Part shown: in pieces, positions 35,282 through 44,300 of the stretch
Layout: each line of letters starts with the position of its first letter
Numbering within the stretch: the first letter of the stretch is position 1
DNA from: a virus
Lineage: Duplodnaviria > Caudoviricetes
DNA: 61,066 nt
Virus record (IMG/VR): IMGVR_UViG_3300007734_000736
Span: 1-61,066 of that record
Direction: 5' to 3' (one strand)
Translations under genes and position numbers: made by a program
Notes under the pieces: generated by a model
The model's input: the letters and a program-made list of their open reading frames with translations, nothing else
Told to the model about the DNA's origin: nothing
Database searches by the model: none

Positions 35282-35928
35282 TTATCTCCGACAAGTATCG
35301 GTGCATCTTCATCCGCATACCCAAGACTGGTAGTACCACGATTGAGAATCTGTTGATTGCGGCCGACCCGGACTGCTTGAGCTCGGACAACTCAACTCCG
35401 CCATACGGACACCACGGATGGCCGGAGGTAAGGGATATGGCTGGTGAGCGCTGGGACACCTACTTCAAGTTTGCGTTCGTTAGGAATCCATACAGCTGGT
35501 TTCTAAGCAATTACTCAGACCACATGAAGTACAGCCTTGAGGATGTGTGGGGAGTGCATGAGATACTGAACGAGAAACACCAGCTGCCAGCACCCTGGAA
35601 CTTCATCATTGATGCCCCAAGAGTTATGGCCTTGGCTTCGATGATTCAGTTCTGGTATCACGGAGACTACCTGGGTGGCAAGCATAACAGAATCGTTACA
35701 CAGTCGGCATGGGTTCCGCCGGGAATAGACTTCGTTGGAAAGATGGAATCGTTTGACGAAGACCTTGAGATTGTAGCAGAAGCCATAGGCCTTGAGCTGA
35801 CCGAGAAAGCACCACAGGAAAACAAGAGCAATTCAGAAAGGCTCATGCTTGACAAGACTGGCGCACGATTACTAACCGCATTGTACGACGAAGACTTTGA
35901 ACGATTCGGTTATGAGCGAAAAGGATGA
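35278..35928 (+). CDS. Sulfotransferase (Sulfotransfer_2-like)
   Basis: 5'-PSB IPKTGSTT, 3'-PB FVRNPY..FLS, DFVGKME, DFERFGY. Confidence 0.88.
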   Translation: MIISDKYRCIFIRIPKTGSTTIENLLIAADPDCLSSDNSTPPYGHHGWPEVRDMAGERWDTYFKFAFVRNPYSWFLSNYSDHMKYSLEDVWGVHEILNEKHQLPAPWNFIIDAPRVMALASMIQFWYHGDYLGGKHNRIVTQSAWVPPGIDFVGKMESFDEDLEIVAEAIGLELTEKAPQENKSNSERLMLDKTGARLLTALYDEDFERFGYERKG

Positions 35929-36217
35929 GGGTCAGATGATATACCTGCACTCGGTGCAGGTTTTTTGGCACACCAAACTCGCCAAGAAACTCATCTCGCA
36001 TACCAAGGGAACAGCTGATTCGCCGATACGATTTGTTTCAAGAGCCAAGGATGCCTTGGCGATAAACAAGTCTGAGCCGGTTCTAAGCTCTCTCAAAGAC
36101 GCAGTGGTTGGCGGCAAAGCCGTGCACAACTTTAGGGTGGTAAAAATCTACGAAAGCAAACCAATATCTCGTTCCTTCCACTACAAAGAGAAGGACTATG
36201 ACGCAGAATTCAAATGA
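35897..36217 (+). CDS. Hypothetical protein
   Basis: ORF coupled to the primase-helicase. Confidence 0.6.
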   Translation: MNDSVMSEKDEGQMIYLHSVQVFWHTKLAKKLISHTKGTADSPIRFVSRAKDALAINKSEPVLSSLKDAVVGGKAVHNFRVVKIYESKPISRSFHYKEKDYDAEFK

Positions 36218-37998
36218 GCACGATTACGATGTTTCAATCCGTCACTAAGACGGACGAGCCGCACCACATAGATGTCAAGTCAGCGTTAGAGCGCATATCG
36301 TCAGGCAGAAGCCAGGATAACATCATGGCCATACGTGCCGGTAACAGCGAGCTCAAGAAGATGCTTCCTGTGGCGCTTTTCTCCGGAAAGTTCAGCACGC
36401 GAAAGGACGACGCGCTTGAGGAGCACAGCGGTTTAATCGTGCTTGATTTCGACCACGTAAACGCAGAGGCATCAAAGGCTCTTCTCTCCACCGACGAGTA
36501 CGTATACGCATGCTGGGTATCTCCATCAGGAGAGGGCCTAAAAGCCCTCGTACGAATAACCAATCCAGAACGCCACAGAGAGCACTTCAGGGCGCTTCAG
36601 AGTTACTTTGACAGCACGTATGGACTATGTGCCGACCCATCAGGAATAAACGAATCTAGGGCCTGTTTTGAGAGTTATGACCCAGAGCTTGTGCTCAATG
36701 AGAACAGCAAGTCGTTTGGGGGAATGCTTCGTGAGCAGCAGGAACACCAGGTAGCACAAATCCAAGAGATACATACCGACTACGAGAAGCTCAACATCGT
36801 AGCGAAGATGGTGCGCCGAGCACAGGATGGAGAGAAGCACACTACGCTGCTTCGTGCCGCCATTCTATGTGGCGGCTACATCGCAGCTGGACGCATGGAA
36901 GAGGAAGAAGCAGAGCGCGTTCTGCTTCGGGAAATCCAGAAGAAAGAAAACGTAGCAGACCTAAGCAACGCAAAGGCTACCATCCGGGACGGAATCAATG
37001 AAGGCAAGAGCATGCCAATACGCGAGGTCATTGAGGACGAATCTCGCATACGGAAAGAGATGCAGATTAACGACGGAGATATGTCGTTTATCTCGTCTGA
37101 TGACACCGACTACAACTGGATTGAGAAGTACGCACGAGGAGAGATTGTGCGCGGACTCAGCACTGGCTTTGAATGGCTTGACCGACACTTCTTGTTCAAG
37201 AAAGAGCTTACCATCATCAACGGACACAGCAACGTGGGAAAGACCACAATGGCGCAGTTCCTAATGGTCTCTTCAGCTGTTCTGCACGGTTGGCGCTGGG
37301 TTGTCTACTCCAGCGAAAACAAGACTGCATCATTCAAGATGCGGCTTATGGAGTTCTTGCTTGATAAGCCCATCGACACGATGAATTACGACGAGCGGAC
37401 GGTAGCATTCAAGTGGGTGAACAAACACTTCACCATCATCAGCAACGCACAGGTGTACAGCTATTCTGACCTGATGATATTCGCCGAGAAGCTGGTTCGT
37501 CAGGAGCGGTACGATGGATATCTAATCGACCCATACAACAGCCTCAAGGTGAGCATGAGCAAGAATAGCCCTGGCCTTAGCTCTCACGAATACCACTACG
37601 AGGCTGCGTCGGAGTTCCTCACGTTCACTACGCAGAACGACATGGCGCTGTGGGTGAATGCGCACGCCATAACAGAAGCTGTTCGTCGCAAGGGGGCCGA
37701 TGGCTTGCCGGTAGCGCCGATGGCCGAGGACACCGAAGGAGGAGGAAAATGGGTCAACCGTGCCGACTCCGTACTCACATTTCACAGGAAGGTCCAGCAT
37801 CCCGAAGAAGATGTGCGATTCAGAACCGAGATTCACGTAAGGAAGATTCGAAATACAGAGACCGGAGGAGGCAATACGCCATTCGACCAGCCGGTTCTTT
37901 TTGAGCTGAACCATACGCGAACAGGCATGAATCCAATGTTCGGCAAAAAAACTTTCAGCCCCATGTATTTGGATTCCAGCCGCATTGACCTATCTTAG
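36214..37998 (+). CDS. Primase-helicase (VirE-N/BT4734-like primase-polymerase domain + SF4 DnaB-like helicase)
   Basis: SGLIVLDFD, SPSGEGLK, RACFESYD; Walker A GHSNVGKT, LIDPYN. Confidence 0.85.
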   Translation: MSTITMFQSVTKTDEPHHIDVKSALERISSGRSQDNIMAIRAGNSELKKMLPVALFSGKFSTRKDDALEEHSGLIVLDFDHVNAEASKALLSTDEYVYACWVSPSGEGLKALVRITNPERHREHFRALQSYFDSTYGLCADPSGINESRACFESYDPELVLNENSKSFGGMLREQQEHQVAQIQEIHTDYEKLNIVAKMVRRAQDGEKHTTLLRAAILCGGYIAAGRMEEEEAERVLLREIQKKENVADLSNAKATIRDGINEGKSMPIREVIEDESRIRKEMQINDGDMSFISSDDTDYNWIEKYARGEIVRGLSTGFEWLDRHFLFKKELTIINGHSNVGKTTMAQFLMVSSAVLHGWRWVVYSSENKTASFKMRLMEFLLDKPIDTMNYDERTVAFKWVNKHFTIISNAQVYSYSDLMIFAEKLVRQERYDGYLIDPYNSLKVSMSKNSPGLSSHEYHYEAASEFLTFTTQNDMALWVNAHAITEAVRRKGADGLPVAPMAEDTEGGGKWVNRADSVLTFHRKVQHPEEDVRFRTEIHVRKIRNTETGGGNTPFDQPVLFELNHTRTGMNPMFGKKTFSPMYLDSSRIDLS

Positions 37999-38465
37999 TG
38001 GTAGTGAGCGATGAGAACATTCAAATCATTTTACCAAAGCCGCCCAGCCTTAACGCGTATTATGCGGGTCGCCACTTCATGGTCCGTAAAAAACATAAGG
38101 AAGTCTATTGGCGCTACATCGCAGCAGCGCTTGCGCCGTTTGGCAAATTTCGTCTGGAACGATTTTCTATTGCTGTGCGCTACAATTGCCGCTACGACGT
38201 TGATAATGCTATATGTTGTAGTAAATTCCTTGCTGATTATCTACGAAATCATGGCCATGTGCCTGACGACACTCCGAAATACTATCTATCGCAAGAAACA
38301 AGGTTCGACGCCTCGCTCCCCAAAGAACAATTCCTAGTAAGCATCATCCCACATGGACAAAGAGGAACTGAGCCGGACCTACTTCCTAGCGACGTCAAGG
38401 ATATCGAATGCAGCAACGAGCCTTTACGAAAGCCTGCACGACGAGGCCGGAAGCCCAAGAGTTGA
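37998..38465 (+). CDS. RusA-like Holliday junction resolvase
   Basis: LPKPPSLN, DVDN, K..AD.L, DD. Confidence 0.7.
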   Translation: MVVSDENIQIILPKPPSLNAYYAGRHFMVRKKHKEVYWRYIAAALAPFGKFRLERFSIAVRYNCRYDVDNAICCSKFLADYLRNHGHVPDDTPKYYLSQETRFDASLPKEQFLVSIIPHGQRGTEPDLLPSDVKDIECSNEPLRKPARRGRKPKS

Positions 38466-38580
38466 TGCCGACCGACTTCACAACACTATACGCAAATTCA
38501 AACGAGACATCGACGGCGAATTCGATATGATTCGCGCGGCGCTGCTGGAATACTACGATGATAACATTGATATTCCTTGA
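38353..38580 (+). CDS. Hypothetical protein
   Basis: Helical ORF overlapping the resolvase tail. Confidence 0.55.
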   Translation: MDKEELSRTYFLATSRISNAATSLYESLHDEAGSPRVDADRLHNTIRKFKRDIDGEFDMIRAALLEYYDDNIDIP

Positions 38581-39523
38581 TGGCCTAAACGGCATCAACT
38601 ACCACCGCCTAATGACTCCCTTTCTCCGCCTCAAAGCGGAGGAGGGAGTCAACATCCATTTCTTCTCCAGCTTTGACGAGCTGAAGCAGTTTGACATGAC
38701 CAAGGTTGGGTCTGTTGTGGTGTCTCGGCGCTGCACGGTGTCCAACTATGCGGAGTTCAAGAAGTGGCTCAAGAAATACAAGGTGAAGCTCATCCTGGAT
38801 AACGACGACTTCTGGGAGCTGCCAGATGATAACCCAGCTCAGGAGATTTACAAGAAGCAGGTGTCGCGCGAGATTCTAGCCAGCATCCGTATCGCAGACG
38901 AGATATGGACGCCATCTCCCACGTTGGCGCACAAGATGAAGAAGGTAAACAAAAATATACCTTACCGAATCATCCCCAACACCATCTACGAGAAAGAAGA
39001 GCAATGGGTCAACCAAGAGAAGGACCCCAACCCGAAAGGGCTTGTGCGGTTTGGATATACCGGTGCCAACGGACACCGCAACGACATCCTGTCCATGGGT
39101 ATGACCTTTGAGAACCATGAGCTCTACTGCATGAACCTGATGGACTATCCAGACATCATGCGAGCCAAGTACACGATGTACCCACTTGACATCCACCTAT
39201 ATGCGCAGCTCTACCGACACTTTGATGTGTCGTTAGCGCCGCTGCTGAACAATAAGTTCAACCGCTGCAAGTCCGAGCTGAAGGTGGTAGAAGCTGGCTA
39301 TACCAAGACAGCCATTATCGCATCGAACACTACGCCATACAAGGAGACCATCATTCACAACAAGACAGGAATCCTCTGCTCCAGTCCTGACGACTGGAGA
39401 AAGGCCGTGAACGAAATGACGTTGGAGAAGGCAAAGAATCTTGCCGGGGAGCTATATGAGTTCTGCAAGAAGAACTACGACATCTCCCAAATCAACAAGG
39501 AGCGACTCAAGGGCTTAGTATAG
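38558..39523 (+). CDS. Glycosyltransferase (GT-B, GT4-like)
   Basis: G..YHRL..P, DNDD, DVSLAPL..NKFNRCKSELKVVEAG. Confidence 0.85.
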   Translation: MITLIFLDGLNGINYHRLMTPFLRLKAEEGVNIHFFSSFDELKQFDMTKVGSVVVSRRCTVSNYAEFKKWLKKYKVKLILDNDDFWELPDDNPAQEIYKKQVSREILASIRIADEIWTPSPTLAHKMKKVNKNIPYRIIPNTIYEKEEQWVNQEKDPNPKGLVRFGYTGANGHRNDILSMGMTFENHELYCMNLMDYPDIMRAKYTMYPLDIHLYAQLYRHFDVSLAPLLNNKFNRCKSELKVVEAGYTKTAIIASNTTPYKETIIHNKTGILCSSPDDWRKAVNEMTLEKAKNLAGELYEFCKKNYDISQINKERLKGLV

Positions 39524-39760
39524 CTCGTTGCAGCCGCACCTCTCTGCGAAGTACGCATCTATCTTGGCAATCTTCCGCAAGATTTCTTTCTCAAACTTAC
39601 GAGCTTCAGAGCGCGCTCCCTCGGTAGATTCGCAATTCGCGAAGCGCGAAGCAGCCTGCTGCAACAGCTCGTCAATCTGTTGCTTCTTGCTCGGATTGGT
39701 GTAGTATTCCCATTCCATTGGTAGTTTCTTTTTGGCAATAGCCGTTACTTCCTGATTCAA
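39515..39760 (-). CDS. Hypothetical protein (start probably near 39720)
   Basis: TACCTTTG box at 39758-39765. Confidence 0.55.
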   Translation of the reverse strand: MNQEVTAIAKKKLPMEWEYYTNPSKKQQIDELLQQAASRFANCESTEGARSEARKFEKEILRKIAKIDAYFAERCGCNELY

Positions 39761-39780
39761 AGGTAGTTATATTTTTTGGA

Positions 39781-40224
39781 TTACAGAATGGACGAGCGAA
39801 GACGCTGCAGTGCGGCAAGCAACAGCAGTATGACAAAGATGAAGAACGACACCTTGTACACCTTATAGTACCAAGGGATGTCCAACAGTTTGACCTGAGG
39901 AGGGCACTCTACATGTATGTAGTGAGGCACCTTTAGGAGCTTGGTATTGGCGCTTACGGCAAGCTTCTTCTTGCCGTCGGCGCCAACTACAGTCTTGATT
40001 TTTACGCTTAGCGAATCGTTCTCAATAACGGCGCTGTCGCCTACGGCCGGAATTTCCAGCGTGTCCAGTATCGTAATCGGCGGCATCGTAATCGTGTCCC
40101 ATCTCGTAACAACCGTGGGCTCCGACAATAGCGCCGGGTTCTTTTGAATGGCTTTTTTCATGTGCCATTCTGCTGAACACCCAGCGAGAAACAGGATTAC
40201 GAAAGCCGGCAAGAACCATTTCAC
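39781..40224 (-). CDS. Lipoprotein with C-terminal TM helix (u-spanin-like)
   Basis: Lipobox LAGC at residue 16; C-terminal hydrophobic helix. Confidence 0.6.
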   Translation of the reverse strand: MKWFLPAFVILFLAGCSAEWHMKKAIQKNPALLSEPTVVTRWDTITMPPITILDTLEIPAVGDSAVIENDSLSVKIKTVVGADGKKKLAVSANTKLLKVPHYIHVECPPQVKLLDIPWYYKVYKVSFFIFVILLLLAALQRLRSSIL

Positions 40225-40589
40225 AGCGTCAAATACAATAGGGCTGACGAAAATAGCACAAAATAGGCAGACATCAAAACGTCTGTCTGTGTCATTTTTC
40301 GGAACGTCGGCTTGATAAGTAGCTGTCGATTGAGGTCACCAATGATTGAATCTTGGCGAGCCACAGTTTGGTTTGCCTGGTGATACTGATGATACTTGAG
40401 TTTGTAAGCTTCATTGTATGCTTTGATTGTAGAATCCATAGAAAGAAAGCGCTTGTTCATGGCAACCGCCTGCGCCTTGGTCATCACAACAACGGTGTCG
40501 TTATTTTCCACTCGCTGTATCGGATACACCGATTGCGAGTACGTCAAAAGGCTGTGCAGTAGCAGCAGACTTAACAGCAACGATTTCAT
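40221..40589 (-). CDS. Signal peptide + coiled coil + C-terminal TM; lysis-cluster protein
   Basis: Hydrophobic termini. Confidence 0.55.
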   Translation of the reverse strand: MKSLLLSLLLLHSLLTYSQSVYPIQRVENNDTVVVMTKAQAVAMNKRFLSMDSTIKAYNEAYKLKYHQYHQANQTVARQDSIIGDLNRQLLIKPTFRKMTQTDVLMSAYFVLFSSALLYLTL

Positions 40590-40845
40590 CTTGCATGACC
40601 TTTACTTGTTCGACCAATTGTTCTTTCTCCTCTTCGAGCACCTGGATGGTCTCTTTCATTTTGCCAATACTGACCGCCACCTGAGCATCTGCCTTCGCGG
40701 AGACAGCGGCTGCCTTGCGCATCGTTTGATTGGACTTTTCGATTATGAGGTCAACTGGGTCAGCAGACTTCTTCGGAGCTTCCTGCTTTGCGATGATGGC
40801 ACCAGTAGTAATTCCTACTATCAGTATGGCGATTGAGCGTGTCAT
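40501..40845 (-). CDS. N-anchored coiled-coil protein (i-spanin-like)
   Basis: N-terminal TM segment and heptad pattern. Confidence 0.5.
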   Translation of the reverse strand: MTRSIAILIVGITTGAIIAKQEAPKKSADPVDLIIEKSNQTMRKAAAVSAKADAQVAVSIGKMKETIQVLEEEKEQLVEQVKVMQDEIVAVKSAATAQPFDVLAIGVSDTASGK

Positions 40846-41093
40846 TTGGTCTGGATGAGCATTTCGTTTTTAGCACTAGTGTAGGCAAGGGCTGAATCAA
40901 GTCGACGAATATGCTCAACATACTTGTCCACCTTCACCTCAAGCTCTGTGACTCGAGTCTGGCAACGGTCATCTATCTTTCCGTTGGTCATCTTCTGGTC
41001 GACGTAAAGATATCCGATTGCAACAAGTGCAATGAAGGCGATTGCGGCGACCGGGTTCTTTTGGAACTGGTCGAATGAGACAGGCATTTTCAC
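40842..41093 (-). CDS. Membrane protein (holin/lysis candidate)
   Basis: Single TM segment plus coiled coil. Confidence 0.5.
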   Translation of the reverse strand: MKMPVSFDQFQKNPVAAIAFIALVAIGYLYVDQKMTNGKIDDRCQTRVTELEVKVDKYVEHIRRLDSALAYTSAKNEMLIQTK

Positions 41094-41311
41094 GACTTAG
41101 CAAACTTCTCTATGCCCGAAATGCCAAAGCACCCCAGCGTTACTATAACGAAACTGTTATACACATACTCGTTGAGCGGCAAATGAGTGCCCATGACACC
41201 AGTCACAAGGTCCGTAATCATAACCGCTACCATGACTCCAAACGAAAGCGCGCCAAGCACGTTCTTTTCGTCGTAGTCGTTACTCTTCTTGAAAATCTCC
41301 GTCCATCCCAT
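41090..41311 (-). CDS. Two-TM holin candidate
   Basis: Two hydrophobic segments; TATTTTTG box 4 nt before the ATG. Confidence 0.55.
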   Translation of the reverse strand: MGWTEIFKKSNDYDEKNVLGALSFGVMVAVMITDLVTGVMGTHLPLNEYVYNSFVIVTLGCFGISGIEKFAKS

Positions 41312-41353
41312 GCAGCAAAAATACATGGGCAGAATGGAGATATTCAGCGTGAA

Positions 41354-44300
41354 TTACTCAGGCAATGGGATGTCGTACATGATGTACAACAGCGCATCTT
41401 CATCGTCTCTGAATGAACGAGTTAGGTTCTTCTCTGCGTTGTTTTGCAGGTCGTAGTTCTCGAAATGCTCGCCGTACTGAACGATAGTCTGATACGCCTC
41501 ACGAACCTGGTCAAGTCGCGCGCGTCGATTCGCGCGCTCTGTCTCGCCAAGCTCAACCCACGGCTCGTCATCTTCAAACTTCTGGTCCTTGAGGTTGTAG
41601 TAGAACTGCTGTCCAATGTTGACCGGATAGTCCCTGAACACCAAATTGGTAGACAACTGAATTGCGGTCTCTAGCGGCTTCAAGTCCAAATCTGGGTCTT
41701 CCTTCTTCCGCTCATAAGCCTTGTAAAGTTCGCGACCAATGAAGTCTATGTTGGTAGGAACAAAGTATTGCCGACCTATATACATTGCCTGACCAAGCTT
41801 CTTGGCGAGCCAAGACGCGTCCTTGTTGTCAATGATTGGCTTTCCGTAGTTGTCCTTGCCCTCGATAATATTGTACCAAAGCTTAACAGAAATGTTGGGC
41901 TCGGCAAAGTTTGAAAGAATTGAGTTCAAGCTTTCAGAACGACTGATTCCTTCTCGGCCAAAAATCAACGAAGTGATTTCGTCGTACGGGTCTTCAGAGC
42001 TGATGTTGATGTAGCGAATTGTTCCGTCTGGATTCATGGATATAGGAACCACATTTGAACCCTTCATCCAATCCGGCATCAAGAACGGGACTTCGCGCAT
42101 CTTTGCGGCCAAAATCTTCTCTTCCTCATCGTCAAAGAATGACTTAGCAATGGTCAAGTACCCGATATTGGACATCGTAGCCTGAGTAATCAGGGCAACC
42201 AGTGAGGTCATGCCATCAACAAAGTATGCTTGCCGCTGTGAGGCGGATAGGTTCCCATTGCTTACGGCCTCATTGACATCCGAAATCGCATTTTGAAAGA
42301 CTCCAAAGTAAGACCGGAATGCTTCAAGGCGAAACGAAAGGAAGTCTCCAAAGGGCAGCTTTGAGATTTGGCGGAACGAAGGATGCAAGCGCGACATCGT
42401 TGGGAAGTTCTGCTTGATGCGTTCTGCAGTCATCTTACGAACTTCTTCCTGCTGTTCTGCATTCAGTTCAGCATAGGACTTTCCTTCAGGATTTGATGCA
42501 ATACGCTTGGCGAAGTTTTCACGCTTCGCCAAGTATGCAATCATCTTGGTGTAGTCGTCGATGGCACCATACTGGTATCCTATGCGGGCACCTCTGGTAT
42601 TCATGCGGTTAAGCCAAGACCATGCCTTATTTGGCGGCGTGTCTTGGTACATCTGCATGTAGCTGTTGTTTATCTCGCCAAGAAGACCTGCGTTAATCGA
42701 AGCACTAAGTAGACCATATTGCCCCATTTCTTCAAAGACGGCCTGCGTTTCTGGGTCAAATTCTCCGGTTTTCCACTTCTTGAGTCGGTTACCAAGGTCC
42801 TTAAACAACGTAAGCCCACCCCTAGCGCTGTTGTATGGAAGGACGCCATTGGCAAACAAGAAGTACCATCCTCCCATGATGTTCTTACGCCACGTAGGAA
42901 GGTTGTACAAGACTCGAATCCGACGCAGCTGGAGTAGCTGTTTGTAGTACAGTTTAAGAATCTTGTTGTTTGAATCGTATAGCGGTGTTTGCTGAAACAA
43001 GGACAAAAAGTCATTTGAAACCCACTTCCCGTACATGGGAGACTTGGTTTCGGTCACCTCGGTATAGTCAGAGCGCAGCTTCTCAAGAATCTTGTTGCGA
43101 AGGTCCTTTGACGTGGTTTTGTATGTTTCGCCTACAGGAATTATACCCATTTGCTGTCCGAGCGAAATCATATTGTTTCTGCTGAGCTTTTCTTTCTTTA
43201 GGGCCTGAATGACCGGACGAGGGATGATAAGGGAACTAAGTCCAGAATTCCTTGCGGCCTGGTTAACCCGGTCAACAAGTGTGTATCGCTGAATGATAGA
43301 TGTCAAGTTGGCAACAGTTTGACTGAACTTGACAAATGGGTTTGTCTCCTCGCCCATCAATACACGAAGGCTCTCAGGCAGGTCTCCTCGTTTCCCGAAC
43401 TGCTTAACCGGGACACGAAGCTCTCCAAGCTTTGCCTCGCCAAGCGATTTGTTTCTACCCTGAAGAGCAAGAATTTTGTCTACTCGAGCACGAACGGAGT
43501 CAGAAATTTTCACCCCTTGCTTTCGCTGGATGTAGTCCATGTAGTCGGCCTCATCTGGGTCGTCAATCACGTCTCCCTTCCAGTCCGTAATTTCCTCTCC
43601 ATCGAAGAACATGTTCTCTGCCCGGTCATTGATTTCAAGCTGAATCAAGTCATTTATGGCCTGCTCCTTGAGATTTGTGTCAACCTTGAACTTTGGGTCG
43701 GTAAATAGGCGGTACGTACGAGTGCCATAGTACTGATTTCGAGTCTTGATGGTCTCGCGAAGAACGTCGCTCAGATTGTCAAATGCCGTACTGTTAATCA
43801 AGGTGTCTTGAAGAGTGTCTCGGATAGCAATCAAGATTGAGATTTCCGAAGCAATCTTCTTCTGCGCGTCGGTTCCGTTTCTCAATTCCTTAATGGCCGT
43901 TGCGCGGACGTTATCGTCTTCAGAAAACAAAGCGTCGGTGGTAAGCTTCTCAATTTGAACCTGCTCTTCACGAGGAAGCTTGTTTAGCTGCTTCCTGATG
44001 CGGCTCATGGTCAAAAACAACCGGTTTTCAATTTCAACATTCATTGATTCCGCCACTTCCATGGCTTGAAGAATTGCCTTGGGTATGCCGCGAAGTCGGT
44101 CTGATTTCAAGAACTTTTCGATGCTCAAAAGAACATCGTCTTTGATTTTTCCAATCTTCTTGAAAAGCACCTCGTCAGAGCGGAGCTCGCGCTCATAGGA
44201 GCGCGGCTCCTGGCGACCGGCCATGTTCTCATAGCGCATATCAATCAATGCACCATCGGGCGCAAAAGTGCTCTTGTTTGCGCGTTTGAACCGGTCGGTC

